NCBI GenBank assembly: GCA_965205865.1
Contig: CBDBHR010000029.1
Location: forward strand, 817,334-881,333
Reading direction: 5' to 3'
DNA: 64,000 nt
From: a bacterium
Lineage (GTDB): Bacteria; SAR324; NAC60-12
Part shown: positions 29,918 through 39,532 of the stretch, one piece after another
How the letters are laid out: every line of letters begins with the position of its first letter
Position numbering within the stretch: position 1 is the stretch's first letter
Program-made: the position numbers and the translations under genes
Notes under the pieces: model-generated
The model's input: only the letters and a program-made list of their open reading frames with translations
What the model was told of the DNA's origin: nothing
Databases searched by the model: none

Positions 29918-31552
29918 ATGTGGAGAAGAATTGCCTCGATACTGGTCAAGATAACCAACCTTTTGATCCTGTTCCTTTTCACATTCACGGGAAACTCTCC
30001 GCAAGCCTCCGAGATTGAGGGTTCCCACCCGATCGATCAGAAAAAAACGTGGGAGGAAATTCGGATTATCTCGACCAATGATATCCACTATTACTTACAC
30101 CCACTCTACTATCGATATATCGATGAAGTTCGACCTTGGGGAGCTCAATCCAGGGACGGGAATTATATTGCAAAAGCAAGACTCGAGGGGAAAATTGGGG
30201 GGATGGCCCATGTGGCCACGGTGATCGAGAGGCTTCGCGGCGAAAAACCTGGAAAATCACTGGTTGTGGATGCCGGAGATACCTGGCATGGCTCTGCATT
30301 TTCGCTCGTGGACCGGGGTGAATCGATGGTCAGGATCTTGAATACTATCGGCTATGACGTGATGGCGCTCGGCAATTGGGATTTTTACTATGAGGAAGAG
30401 CAGTTTCTGAATTTAGTGGAACAAGCCCGATTCCCGGTACTGGCTTACAATCTCGTTGACAAAGAATGGGAAGAGCCGGTCCTGGAGCAATTTACAATCA
30501 AGCAGGTAGGAAAACTGAAAGTCGCGATCGTGGGGATGACCTATCCCTGGACTGCCCTTACATCTGCAATTACAGGTGCTGCTCGATCGTACAAATTCGG
30601 AATCAGGGAAAATGAAGCTCAACTCTTGATCCGGCAAATCAGGGAGGAAGAAGATCCGGATCTCGTGATATTTGTCTCTCATGGCGGCTATGGTCTGGAT
30701 CAAAAGTTTGCGAAACGAGTGGATGGTATTGATGTTATAGTTAGCAGTCATACGCATGATGAAATTTTTCAACCCCTTGTCTGGAACGATACGATAATTT
30801 ATCAAGCAGGCGCTCATGGAAAATATGTGGCCAAACTGGATCTCTGGGTCAAAGACAAGAAAGTGGTCGACTTCGATTATCAGTTGATCAAGATCAATAA
30901 AAAACGCATCCCAGCCCATCCTGAAGTCGCTCAAATCATTGAGGAAGCCTACCGTCCCCACAAAAAAAAACTGGAAGAGATCGTTGGAATATCCAAAAGC
31001 ATGCTTTACCGGCGAGATTTTTGGCAAAGTACGCTGGGAAATCTGATCACCACCGCATTGCAGGATTCTGCCAAAACCGATATCGCTTTTTTCCCTGCCT
31101 GGAGGTTCGGCGCCACGCTGCTTCCGGGTAAAATCACTGTCGGAGACGTTTACAATATGGTACCCACCCATGGACGGATCATCACTTATTCCATGCAGGG
31201 AGAGCAAATCAAAATGCTGCTGGAAAATATTCTGGGAAGTTTCACGGATGCGGATCCTTATGCTCGCGTGGGAGGGGATATGATCCGCTTTTCAGGTCTC
31301 AAAATCCGCTACGATTTGAACAGGAGAGTGAGAGATCGCATTGTTTCGCTGCGGATCGGAGACCAACCTGTTGATTTAAATAAGTCCTACAGCATTGCAT
31401 CCGTGCATACCCGTTTTCAAAACAATCCCCTCTTCGGGGCAACGAATATCAAAGATACCGGCAAAATATTTGTTGAGGAACTTATCCAATACATCCGAGA
31501 ACACTCACCCCTCGTCTCTGAACTCGATGATAGGATAATGCCAGTTCAATGA
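29918..31552 (+). CDS. soxB: SoxB-like thiosulfohydrolase (5'-nucleotidase family)
   Basis: TNDIH, DAGDTWHGS, GNWDF, SHTHD, LYRR, WRFGAT, GGDMIR; between soxY and soxZ. Confidence 0.75.
   Translation: MWRRIASILVKITNLLILFLFTFTGNSPQASEIEGSHPIDQKKTWEEIRIISTNDIHYYLHPLYYRYIDEVRPWGAQSRDGNYIAKARLEGKIGGMAHVATVIERLRGEKPGKSLVVDAGDTWHGSAFSLVDRGESMVRILNTIGYDVMALGNWDFYYEEEQFLNLVEQARFPVLAYNLVDKEWEEPVLEQFTIKQVGKLKVAIVGMTYPWTALTSAITGAARSYKFGIRENEAQLLIRQIREEEDPDLVIFVSHGGYGLDQKFAKRVDGIDVIVSSHTHDEIFQPLVWNDTIIYQAGAHGKYVAKLDLWVKDKKVVDFDYQLIKINKKRIPAHPEVAQIIEEAYRPHKKKLEEIVGISKSMLYRRDFWQSTLGNLITTALQDSAKTDIAFFPAWRFGATLLPGKITVGDVYNMVPTHGRIITYSMQGEQIKMLLENILGSFTDADPYARVGGDMIRFSGLKIRYDLNRRVRDRIVSLRIGDQPVDLNKSYSIASVHTRFQNNPLFGATNIKDTGKIFVEELIQYIREHSPLVSELDDRIMPVQ
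30017..30052 (+). repeat. Single 36-bp dispersed repeat inside soxB
   Basis: gagggttcccacccgatcgatcagaaaaaaacgtgg. Confidence 0.85.
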
Positions 31553-31600
31553 GCTAAAACAGTTTGCATTAAAATATGGACCGTATCGAAAAAGGAAACC

Positions 31601-31951
31601 ATGGCTGAAAAAATCGCCCCCCCCCGCCTCCGTTTGCCGAGACGGATCAAGAAAGATCAAGTATTCAAAGTGAAGGTTAAATTCGACCACCCTTCGTTCA
31701 CCGGGTTAGGACGGGTGGATGAGAAAACCCTGCCTCGTTTCAATCGGGCGGTACCAACTTCGTTCATCCGCACAATGCTGGTTTACTATGGAGATGAGTT
31801 GGTCAACCGTTTCGCCATGAGTTCCGCGATTGCTGACTTTCCCCTCTTTACCTTCAAATTAAAAGCAACCAAGGAAGCACCCGTCAAGGTGGTTTTTATC
31901 AACAATCATGGAGAACGTTGGGAAGTCTCCAAAGATGTAAAGCCCCGTTAA
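31601..31951 (+). CDS. soxZ: SoxZ-like protein
   Basis: VKVKFDHPSFTG, FI..M.V.Y, SSAIADFPLFTFK, NNHGE. Confidence 0.7.
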   Translation: MAEKIAPPRLRLPRRIKKDQVFKVKVKFDHPSFTGLGRVDEKTLPRFNRAVPTSFIRTMLVYYGDELVNRFAMSSAIADFPLFTFKLKATKEAPVKVVFINNHGERWEVSKDVKPR

Positions 31952-31997
31952 ATGAATATTTTATTTTTCAAAATAAAACGAGAATTGAGGGTCATTC

Positions 31998-32708
31998 ATG
32001 AATAATAGATTTACCACCTTGCTCCTCTTTTCCTTCATGGCAGGTTTGATTTTGAATACAATTGCTCAGCATTCAGTGGCCAATGCCGAGAAAGCTCAAT
32101 TTGAAATCGAGGGATTGATTTCTCCTGTCAGTCCAAAAGCTCTGACCAAAGGGCTGCTGGACAAGCTGAGGGTGAAGGTGACTGACCTGAATTTGAAAAA
32201 CACGCCGAGTGGTTGGCCAGTATTGACCGTCGAATTTGATGCCGCTACTGTCAGCAAAGAAGCAATTGAATCCGCCATTGCCTCAATCGAAGATCCGGCA
32301 GGTCACCATTTTCAAGTGCGCAAAGGACCTCCACGGGTGGAAGCCCCTTTGCTCAAGGAAGAAATGGACGCCATAGCTGTCATCCCCGCATCTGTTCCTC
32401 AGATCCCATCTCTGGAAAATCCCATTCCACGCACCAGTGAATCGGAGGCACTCGGCCAAACGCTGTATCGAAGAAACTGTGCCAAATGCCACGGCTTGGA
32501 TGGAGGGGGACAAGGCCCCAGTGCGCATGGATTCCTCAGCAATCCCCGAAAACTTTATGTCTGGTTCAATACCGACTCCTCGACGGATGGTTATTTGTTT
32601 TGGTATATAACCCAAGGGCGCAACGACATGCCTCCCTGGGGACTGGTGCTCTCGGAAGAGGAGCGCTGGCATCTGGTCAACTACGTCAAATCCATGAAAC
32701 AACCTTAG
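31998..32708 (+). CDS. Secreted monoheme cytochrome c with N-terminal HMA-like domain
   Basis: CAKCH, MPPWG..LSEEERWHLVNYV; N-terminal FEIEGL..V.FD...VS.E.I..AI. Confidence 0.8.
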   Translation: MNNRFTTLLLFSFMAGLILNTIAQHSVANAEKAQFEIEGLISPVSPKALTKGLLDKLRVKVTDLNLKNTPSGWPVLTVEFDAATVSKEAIESAIASIEDPAGHHFQVRKGPPRVEAPLLKEEMDAIAVIPASVPQIPSLENPIPRTSESEALGQTLYRRNCAKCHGLDGGGQGPSAHGFLSNPRKLYVWFNTDSSTDGYLFWYITQGRNDMPPWGLVLSEEERWHLVNYVKSMKQP

Positions 32709-32757
32709 CTTCCAAGGAGGGTCTGGCTCAACAAACTAAACCTCAACGAGTTTTTAG

Positions 32758-33180
32758 ATGGAGATCGCTCGGGATATCGTGACCCAATCTTTTCACGATA
32801 TGAAATTTGAAGAACTCCTTGAAGATTTGGTCAAAGAAATCGAGTTGCGTAATTATCGCATCACTCGTGTTTATAACATTGACAATATCAAAGAGCGTAA
32901 AGAATTACTGCAAGATTTCCAGGTGGAATTCGAGCATTACAAGATCGTGGAATTTTGCAATTTGACCAAATGCGCAACTTTGATTTCTTCCCATCTTTTA
33001 GTAGGCGTTTTCATGCCGCTGAAATTCGTTGTCTATCAGGAAGTCACGCAAAGCCAAGTGGAGGTTGCGTTTTTAAAACCAACTGCCTTTGCCAAGATTT
33101 TTGACTCTGCCTCTCTCACTGAGATAGCCGCAGTGTTGGAGAAAGATATGCGCTATGTACTGGAAGAAATCGATTTTTAA
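32758..33180 (+). CDS. DUF302 family protein
   Basis: YKIVEFCN, GVFMPLKFVVYQ, FLKPT. Confidence 0.75.
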   Translation: MEIARDIVTQSFHDMKFEELLEDLVKEIELRNYRITRVYNIDNIKERKELLQDFQVEFEHYKIVEFCNLTKCATLISSHLLVGVFMPLKFVVYQEVTQSQVEVAFLKPTAFAKIFDSASLTEIAAVLEKDMRYVLEEIDF

Positions 33181-33742
33181 AATACATCTGCTGACGGGGC
33201 TTGTTTTCCTGATGATGGGGGCTTTTTGTTATACCATGGCTCAGGATTCAAAACCAAAACCCGGGGGCGATTTCACCCTGCAATCGCTACGCGGCCCCGT
33301 GTCGCTCCATGATTTTCAAGGCAAAGTGGTTTTGCTGTTTTTTGGATACACGAGTTGTCCTTCAATGTGTCCGCTTTCCCTATCGACCATGGAAAGTACT
33401 TTCTCCAAAATGCCACCGGAGACCTTGCAGAAAATACAAGCCCTTTTTATCAGCTTGGATCCGGAAGAGGACACTTTGACGAAGTTGAAACAATACACAG
33501 AATTTTTTCATCCAAATATTCTTGGTGTGACCGACCAGCCAGAAAGTATCGCTCGGGTTGCGCAACAATATGGGGTGGTTTATGAGAGAGAATTATTGAG
33601 CCATTCAGCCCTGGGATATATCATCAATCACACAGCTGATATCTTCCTGGTCGATCCTCAAGGAAAATTACAAGAATCGGTGGCCCATGATTCTCCCCCT
33701 CAACTGCTTCGCGAGTCTATCCATCGACTTCTTTCCCGATAA
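33155..33742 (+). CDS. SCO1/SenC copper chaperone
   Basis: FFGYTSCPSMCP, ISLDPE, NHT motifs. Confidence 0.9.
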   Translation: MYWKKSIFKIHLLTGLVFLMMGAFCYTMAQDSKPKPGGDFTLQSLRGPVSLHDFQGKVVLLFFGYTSCPSMCPLSLSTMESTFSKMPPETLQKIQALFISLDPEEDTLTKLKQYTEFFHPNILGVTDQPESIARVAQQYGVVYERELLSHSALGYIINHTADIFLVDPQGKLQESVAHDSPPQLLRESIHRLLSR

Positions 33743-33786
33743 AGAGCCCGGACGGACTTTTAACCTTTCATTTTCAATTTCAGACT

Positions 33787-35364
33787 ATGGCTCTGTTGCG
33801 AACCTGCTTATTTTTTCCGGCAATCTGGATTGCCTTGATCATCTCTGCCCACGCTTTCGAACATGAGCATTCTCCCGTTCAATTTTTGGAATACCACCCC
33901 ACCATCATTGACAATCAAAAATTCCGGAAAAAACCTTTTTATCTGCTCTTCTCAGCGCAATGGTGTCATTGGTGTAAGATCTTTGCCAACAAGACATTGA
34001 TGGATCCCAACGTACACGCCTTTCTCAATGAGAATTTTGTCAATATCTTCATTGATGCCGATATCCACCCGACCGTTTTTAAAAAATTCAAGGCAACAGG
34101 CTGGCCCTACACAGTTTTTTTGAATCCCGATACTAGTGTTCACTATCAGTACGCGGGTACCGTTTATCCCAAAGATTTCGTTAAAGTACTGTATGAAGTC
34201 AAGCAAAATGTAGACGAAGGACGGACGATCCCCGGGTTTGAAACGATTGCTTATGAATATGATCCTCCCAAAGAATTGGAAAAGGAAAGAATGCAGTCGT
34301 TCCAGGAATTGTTTCAGCAAACGATTTTGGAGAATTTTGACCTGAGCGAAGGAGGGATCGGCAAAAAAGAAAAAGCCATTTTTCCCGGAACCCTTCTCTA
34401 TCTGTTGGACACGGCCAATGCGGAAGACCGGGCTGAGGTCATCGAGTCGATCCACCTGACTTTGAAGAAAGCAATCCTGCGCATCTATGATCCCATTGAA
34501 GGAGGATTTTTCCGCTATGCGGAGAAACGGGAGTGGCAAATCCCACATTATGAAAAAATGGCGGATTTGAATGCGGGAAATATTTTGCTTCTTTACAAAA
34601 TGGCGCGCGAGACTAAAGATGCCGAATTGAAGAAAATCGCAGACCAAACGCTGAAATATCTGGTCACGACTCTCTTTGATTCAAAGACCGGTATCTTTTT
34701 GAGCTTCCAAGAAGCCGACACGCATTACTATTTCTTTGATGCCAAGCAACGAAAAACCATGCAAGCTCCCTTCGTGATTCAAAAGGTCTTTGTCAACCGT
34801 GTGGCTCCTACGCTCGACTATCTGATCGATGTCCTTGAATATTCTGATGGATTTGCTCTTGAACATAAAATAAAACAATCTCTTGATTTGCTGGCATCGA
34901 TGATCCGGCAAAATGATCGACTCTCCCACTATTACTCGGTGACCCGGAACAAATGGATGGGTGAAAGCCGGCTGGCGAATTATGCGTACTTGGCATATTT
35001 ATTCCAGAAAGCCGCCACTCGTTTTGAAAATCCCCATTTTGAGGAAACGGCATTGATAGTTTTGCAATCAACCAAGAACCAGTTTTTTGACCGAGACCTG
35101 CGTATTTTTGCTGATAGTCTTTCCCTGCATTGGGGAGATATTGAATATCACATGGAAATGAACGGTTTCCTGGCGCAAATGCTCTTGCATACCAAAAAAG
35201 TGAGCAACAGCAGAGCGGCTGAAGGGCTGCTGACCTATTTTCTCGCCATGGATGAATATCTCGAAGAACAAGCCTGGGATGCTCGTGAATGGGAATTTCT
35301 GGAACGCTATGTTCCTTATCTGAAAGCGCTCGGACTGCGCAATGAAAAAGCAAAAAACCGATGA
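33787..35364 (+). CDS. Secreted thioredoxin-domain protein (YyaL/DUF255-like)
   Basis: WCHWC, GWPYTVFLNP, GGFFRY...W.IPHYEKM. Confidence 0.85.
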   Translation: MALLRTCLFFPAIWIALIISAHAFEHEHSPVQFLEYHPTIIDNQKFRKKPFYLLFSAQWCHWCKIFANKTLMDPNVHAFLNENFVNIFIDADIHPTVFKKFKATGWPYTVFLNPDTSVHYQYAGTVYPKDFVKVLYEVKQNVDEGRTIPGFETIAYEYDPPKELEKERMQSFQELFQQTILENFDLSEGGIGKKEKAIFPGTLLYLLDTANAEDRAEVIESIHLTLKKAILRIYDPIEGGFFRYAEKREWQIPHYEKMADLNAGNILLLYKMARETKDAELKKIADQTLKYLVTTLFDSKTGIFLSFQEADTHYYFFDAKQRKTMQAPFVIQKVFVNRVAPTLDYLIDVLEYSDGFALEHKIKQSLDLLASMIRQNDRLSHYYSVTRNKWMGESRLANYAYLAYLFQKAATRFENPHFEETALIVLQSTKNQFFDRDLRIFADSLSLHWGDIEYHMEMNGFLAQMLLHTKKVSNSRAAEGLLTYFLAMDEYLEEQAWDAREWEFLERYVPYLKALGLRNEKAKNR

Positions 35365-35433
35365 TTGTAAAGGTTTCCCTCTCCCGGATCAAAAATAATC
35401 AAAAGGCGATATTGCAAAGAGAAAAAATATATT

Positions 35434-35462
35434 TTGACATTTGGGTTTTCATTAATTAGAGT
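35434..35462 (+). promoter_or_regulatory. Sigma70-type promoter of the molybdoenzyme operon
   Basis: TTGACA-17 bp-TAGAGT. Confidence 0.5.
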
Positions 35463-35657
35463 ACCTGATTGAAAACCTTATCAGACTGTATTCAACTACG
35501 ATCGAAGGTTTTTTAGTCGCAAAGATTTAGCGATTTGCTGCGTTCTTTTTGTCCTGCTCCCGGATTCTCAGTCTCGATGCTCATTGTCGAGGGCAATAAG
35601 TTGGGTAGCGATCTGTAAAAATCTTCGTTTCAAGAGACATCATTTTAGGAGAAATGA

Positions 35658-36512
35658 ATGAAATATGTAGCACCAAAATCAGTCGAGGAGGCACTTGCTC
35701 TACTTGGTACGGAACCAGACTATTGTGTGTTCGCCGGAGCAACTGATATTGTCCCACAGATGCGAGCGGGACGACCCGAACCGAAACTGATGGTTAATCT
35801 GAAGAGCATCCCGGACTTGATTGGTATGGAATGCGAAAATGGCGCATGGACCGTAGGGGCCGCTACGCCAGTGGCCTCTATCCATGGAAGCGCGGACTTT
35901 CAGGCGGATTTCCCGGGGATTGCTGAATCCAGTGGACTGATCGGTTCCGATCAGATCCAAAACAGGGCTAGTTGGGGAGGTAATGTTTGCAATGCGTCTC
36001 CGGGAGCAGACACCGTACCGGCTTTAATCGTCAATGACGCGCAAGCCGTGATTGCAACCAATGGAGGCACTCGCGCGATACCCGTGTCCGAGGTGGCCAC
36101 TGGCCCGGGGCAGACGTCGCTGGCATCAGGTGAGTTTGTCGTCGAATTTAAAATTGAACGCCCGTCTCCGCGCACCTCTGATGCCTATGAGCGGTTTATT
36201 CCCCGCACGGAGATGGATATCGCAGTCGTTGATGCGGCAGCGAGGATTACGCTGGATGAGAATGATCATTGCAAAGAGGCAACAATCGCTGTTGGTGCGG
36301 CAGCCCCCACTATCGTTCGAGTACCAGCGGCTGAGGATGCGCTGCGGGGTCAGCCTATCAACGATCAGACATTGGCCGCCGTCGGTGCCGCCGCCAGTGC
36401 CGCATGTAGCCCAATCAATGATAAACGAGGTACCATTGAATATCGTACTCAGGTCGCTGGGGTTCTAGCGAAACGGGTTGTCAAATTAGCAGCGGAACGT
36501 GCACGCAAATGA
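35658..36512 (+). CDS. Xanthine dehydrogenase family FAD-binding subunit
   Basis: AGATD, QIQNRASWGGNVCNASPGAD, PINDKRGT. Confidence 0.92.
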   Translation: MKYVAPKSVEEALALLGTEPDYCVFAGATDIVPQMRAGRPEPKLMVNLKSIPDLIGMECENGAWTVGAATPVASIHGSADFQADFPGIAESSGLIGSDQIQNRASWGGNVCNASPGADTVPALIVNDAQAVIATNGGTRAIPVSEVATGPGQTSLASGEFVVEFKIERPSPRTSDAYERFIPRTEMDIAVVDAAARITLDENDHCKEATIAVGAAAPTIVRVPAAEDALRGQPINDQTLAAVGAAASAACSPINDKRGTIEYRTQVAGVLAKRVVKLAAERARK

Positions 36513-36522
36513 GGAGAATAGT

Positions 36523-36999
36523 ATGAATCGAACACATGTAGTATGTAATATTAATGGCGACGAGGTCGAGTTTCTTTGTGATGACGATGAATCATTGCTC
36601 GATGCGTTGCGCGACGAAGTTGGACTAACAGGGGCAAAGGAAGGCTGCGGTACCGGAGACTGTGGCGCTTGTTCAATAATTTTCGATGGCCTCTTGATTT
36701 GTTCATGCCTGGCATTTGCTCCCGAAGCAAATGGCGCGCACATTGAAACAGTCGAAGGAATGGCCGACGGGGAGACGCTCCATCCCTTGCAAACAGCTTT
36801 TCTCGAAGGAGCCGCTCTGCAATGTGGGGTTTGTACTCCGGGATTTCTCGTTGCTGCCAAAGCATTGCTCGAGCGCAATTCCGATCCCACGGAAACCGAA
36901 ATTCGTTATGCCCTGGCTGGCAATCTTTGCCGTTGTACCGGATATGACAAAATCGTGCGCTCGGTGATTGATGCCGCCGCACAAATGAATAACGCATAA
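36523..36999 (+). CDS. Xanthine dehydrogenase family 2Fe-2S subunit
   Basis: GCGTGDCGAC, QCGVCTPG, NLCRCTGY. Confidence 0.94.
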   Translation: MNRTHVVCNINGDEVEFLCDDDESLLDALRDEVGLTGAKEGCGTGDCGACSIIFDGLLICSCLAFAPEANGAHIETVEGMADGETLHPLQTAFLEGAALQCGVCTPGFLVAAKALLERNSDPTETEIRYALAGNLCRCTGYDKIVRSVIDAAAQMNNA

Positions 37000-37016
37000 A
37001 GGAAAGGGGAAATATT

Positions 37017-39269
37017 ATGACAATTGCTAATGAAACTTCTGAAACCAAAACCCCCTATAAATGGATCGGAACCCGACCCGTACGACACGATGGGTTGGAA
37101 AAAGTGACCGGTCGTGCCCGCTTTGCCGCGGATATGATCATGCCCAGGATGATCCATGGTCACGTCTTACGCTCCCCTCATGCCCATGCGCGTATTCTTT
37201 CCATCGATACGACGGAAGCGGAAGCCATGGCCGGAGTGAGAGCCATCGTCACAGGCAAGGATTTTCCGGATCCGAATCCCTCGGACAACGTTTCACGCAA
37301 TTTGATGGCACGCGACAAGGTGCGCTATGAAGGGCAGGTAGTGGCCGCCGTGGCTGCCAATACTCGTCGTCAGGCCAAAGCGGCTGCCGAGAAGATCGCG
37401 ATTGAATACGAAGTACTGGGTCATGTAATAACCGTCGATGAAGCCATGGCCGATGACGCGCCTTTGCTCCACGAAAACTTGATAACCAAGGGTGTCGACC
37501 CGGTTCCCACCAAACCCTCTAACATTGCCAACCGGTCTCACTACGAGCGTGGTGACCTCGAAGCTGGTTTTGCAGAGGCAGACGTGGTGTATGAGCACGA
37601 GTTTACCACCAAGGTTGTTCATCAAGGCTATATTGAACCACACGCCGCCGTTGCCGATACCGGCACAGACGGTCGCTCGACCATTTGGTGCTCCTCTCAG
37701 GGACATTTTCGGGTCCGTTCCCAGACCGCGAAAATGTTAGGTTGGGAAACTTCCCAAATCAAAGTGATCCCGGCCGAGATTGGAGGAGGATTTGGTGGCA
37801 AAACCACCATATATCTCGAACCACTGGCAGTGAGGCTCTCTGAGCTTGCGAAGCGGCCGGTAAAAATCGTCATGAGTCGTGATGAAGTCTTTCGAGCAAC
37901 CGGACCCACCCCCGGTACGCGGGTTAAGGTCAAACTTGGAGCTCGTAAGGACGGCACGCTTGTGGCGGGTAAAGCCTGGCTCGCATATGAGAGTGGGGCC
38001 TTCCCTGGAATTTGGGGAATGCTGGGCGCCTGGTGTGTCTTTGCGCCTTACAAAATCCCCAACTTTAAAATCGAAGCCTTTGAGGTAGTGGTCAATAAAC
38101 CCGTCAATGTCGCCTATCGAGCTCCGTCAGCGCCTATGGCTGCCTTTGCTACGGAGACCGTTCTTGACCAGATCGCTTGCGAGATAAAAATGGATCCAAT
38201 CGATTTGCGATTGCTCAATGCGGCGGAGGAAGGCCATCAGAGGCCGGAAGGGCCGATATACGGACCGATAGGGCTCAAGGCAACCTTGGAAGCCATTCGC
38301 GACCATCCCCATTACAAAGCGCCGTTGGCTCCCAATCAAGGACGTGGGGTCGCGACCGGGTTTTGGTTCAACATCGCGGAATCTTCAAGCGCGACGGTTA
38401 ATCTTACCGAAAATGGCACTGCAGTCGTGGTCACCGGTAGTCCGGATATTGGCGGCAGTCGCGCTTCAATGGCACTCTTTGCCGCCGAAGAGCTCGGCAT
38501 CGACGTCAAACTGATTCAACCCGTCGTGGGCGATACCGAATCCGTTGGCTTCACTGATGTTACCGAGGGAAGTCGCGCCACTTTCGCCACAGGATGGGCG
38601 GTAGTGGAAGCCTGTCGTAAACTCGTTGTTCAACTGCGGGAACGAGCGGCTATCATGTGGGACTGCAATGTCGATGAGGTTGAATGGATCGATGGCAGTG
38701 CCTACCATACTGGCAAAAATGAGCCACCGCTCTCACTGGCAGAGATCACTGGCGCAGCGAAACAGACCGGAGGTCCGCTCACGGCAACGGGTTCTCTCGA
38801 GGCCAAAGGCCAAGGTCCGGCCTTTTCCTCTCATATCTGTGACCTTGAAGTCGATCCTGAAACAGGAAGGGTCACCATTGTGAGATACACCACGGCTCAG
38901 GATGCCGGCACGGCCATTCATCCCAGTTATGTGGAAGGACAAATGCAAGGAGGAGTGGCGCAGGCCATTGGCTGGGCGCTCAATGAGGAATATATCCATG
39001 ACGACAAAGGAGTTATGGAAAACCCGAGTTTTCTGGATTATCGTATTCCTGTTGCTTCGGATCTTCCCATGATCGAAACGATCATTGTCGAAGTACCCAA
39101 TCCCAATCATCCTTATGGGGTGCGAGGAGTTGGTGAGGTGGGCATTGTGCCTCCTATTCCTGCGATTGCAAACGCCATCTCTGATGCGGTTGGAGTACGT
39201 TTGCGCGATCTTCCCATGTCTCCGGTCGCGCTTCTCGATGCATTGAACAAACACAACGGCGCTGGCTGA
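37017..39269 (+). CDS. Xanthine dehydrogenase family molybdopterin-binding subunit
   Basis: RSPHAHA, IGGGFGGK, AYRAPSAP, EGQMQGG, RGVGE. Confidence 0.93.
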   Translation: MTIANETSETKTPYKWIGTRPVRHDGLEKVTGRARFAADMIMPRMIHGHVLRSPHAHARILSIDTTEAEAMAGVRAIVTGKDFPDPNPSDNVSRNLMARDKVRYEGQVVAAVAANTRRQAKAAAEKIAIEYEVLGHVITVDEAMADDAPLLHENLITKGVDPVPTKPSNIANRSHYERGDLEAGFAEADVVYEHEFTTKVVHQGYIEPHAAVADTGTDGRSTIWCSSQGHFRVRSQTAKMLGWETSQIKVIPAEIGGGFGGKTTIYLEPLAVRLSELAKRPVKIVMSRDEVFRATGPTPGTRVKVKLGARKDGTLVAGKAWLAYESGAFPGIWGMLGAWCVFAPYKIPNFKIEAFEVVVNKPVNVAYRAPSAPMAAFATETVLDQIACEIKMDPIDLRLLNAAEEGHQRPEGPIYGPIGLKATLEAIRDHPHYKAPLAPNQGRGVATGFWFNIAESSSATVNLTENGTAVVVTGSPDIGGSRASMALFAAEELGIDVKLIQPVVGDTESVGFTDVTEGSRATFATGWAVVEACRKLVVQLRERAAIMWDCNVDEVEWIDGSAYHTGKNEPPLSLAEITGAAKQTGGPLTATGSLEAKGQGPAFSSHICDLEVDPETGRVTIVRYTTAQDAGTAIHPSYVEGQMQGGVAQAIGWALNEEYIHDDKGVMENPSFLDYRIPVASDLPMIETIIVEVPNPNHPYGVRGVGEVGIVPPIPAIANAISDAVGVRLRDLPMSPVALLDALNKHNGAG

Positions 39270-39514
39270 TGGTTCGAGTCATTCTTGCATCAAATCTGCA
39301 AAGCTTCACCGATGGGGTTGAAGTAGTCGAAGTGCAAGCCTCTTCGGTGAAGTCACTTGTAAAAGAACTCGACCGGCGCTACCCTGGTATCGCCAATGCG
39401 CTCAAATCCGGCTTTGCTGTCGCCATCAACGGCGAAGTCGTCGCCCACCCCACCTATGAACGGATCCCTGAAGGTGCGGAAGTTCACGTCCTTTCTGCAA
39501 TCCAGGGGGGGTAG
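39269..39514 (+). CDS. MoaD/ThiS family sulfur carrier
   Basis: AVAINGE, C-terminal IQGG. Confidence 0.9.
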   Translation: MVRVILASNLQSFTDGVEVVEVQASSVKSLVKELDRRYPGIANALKSGFAVAINGEVVAHPTYERIPEGAEVHVLSAIQGG

Positions 39515-39532
39515 TTTCGCGGGGGTCTGTTT

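Noticed and set aside
37017-39269. Aerobic CO dehydrogenase CoxL
   Set aside because: Active-site loop is AYRAPS, not AYRCSFR; no cox accessory genes
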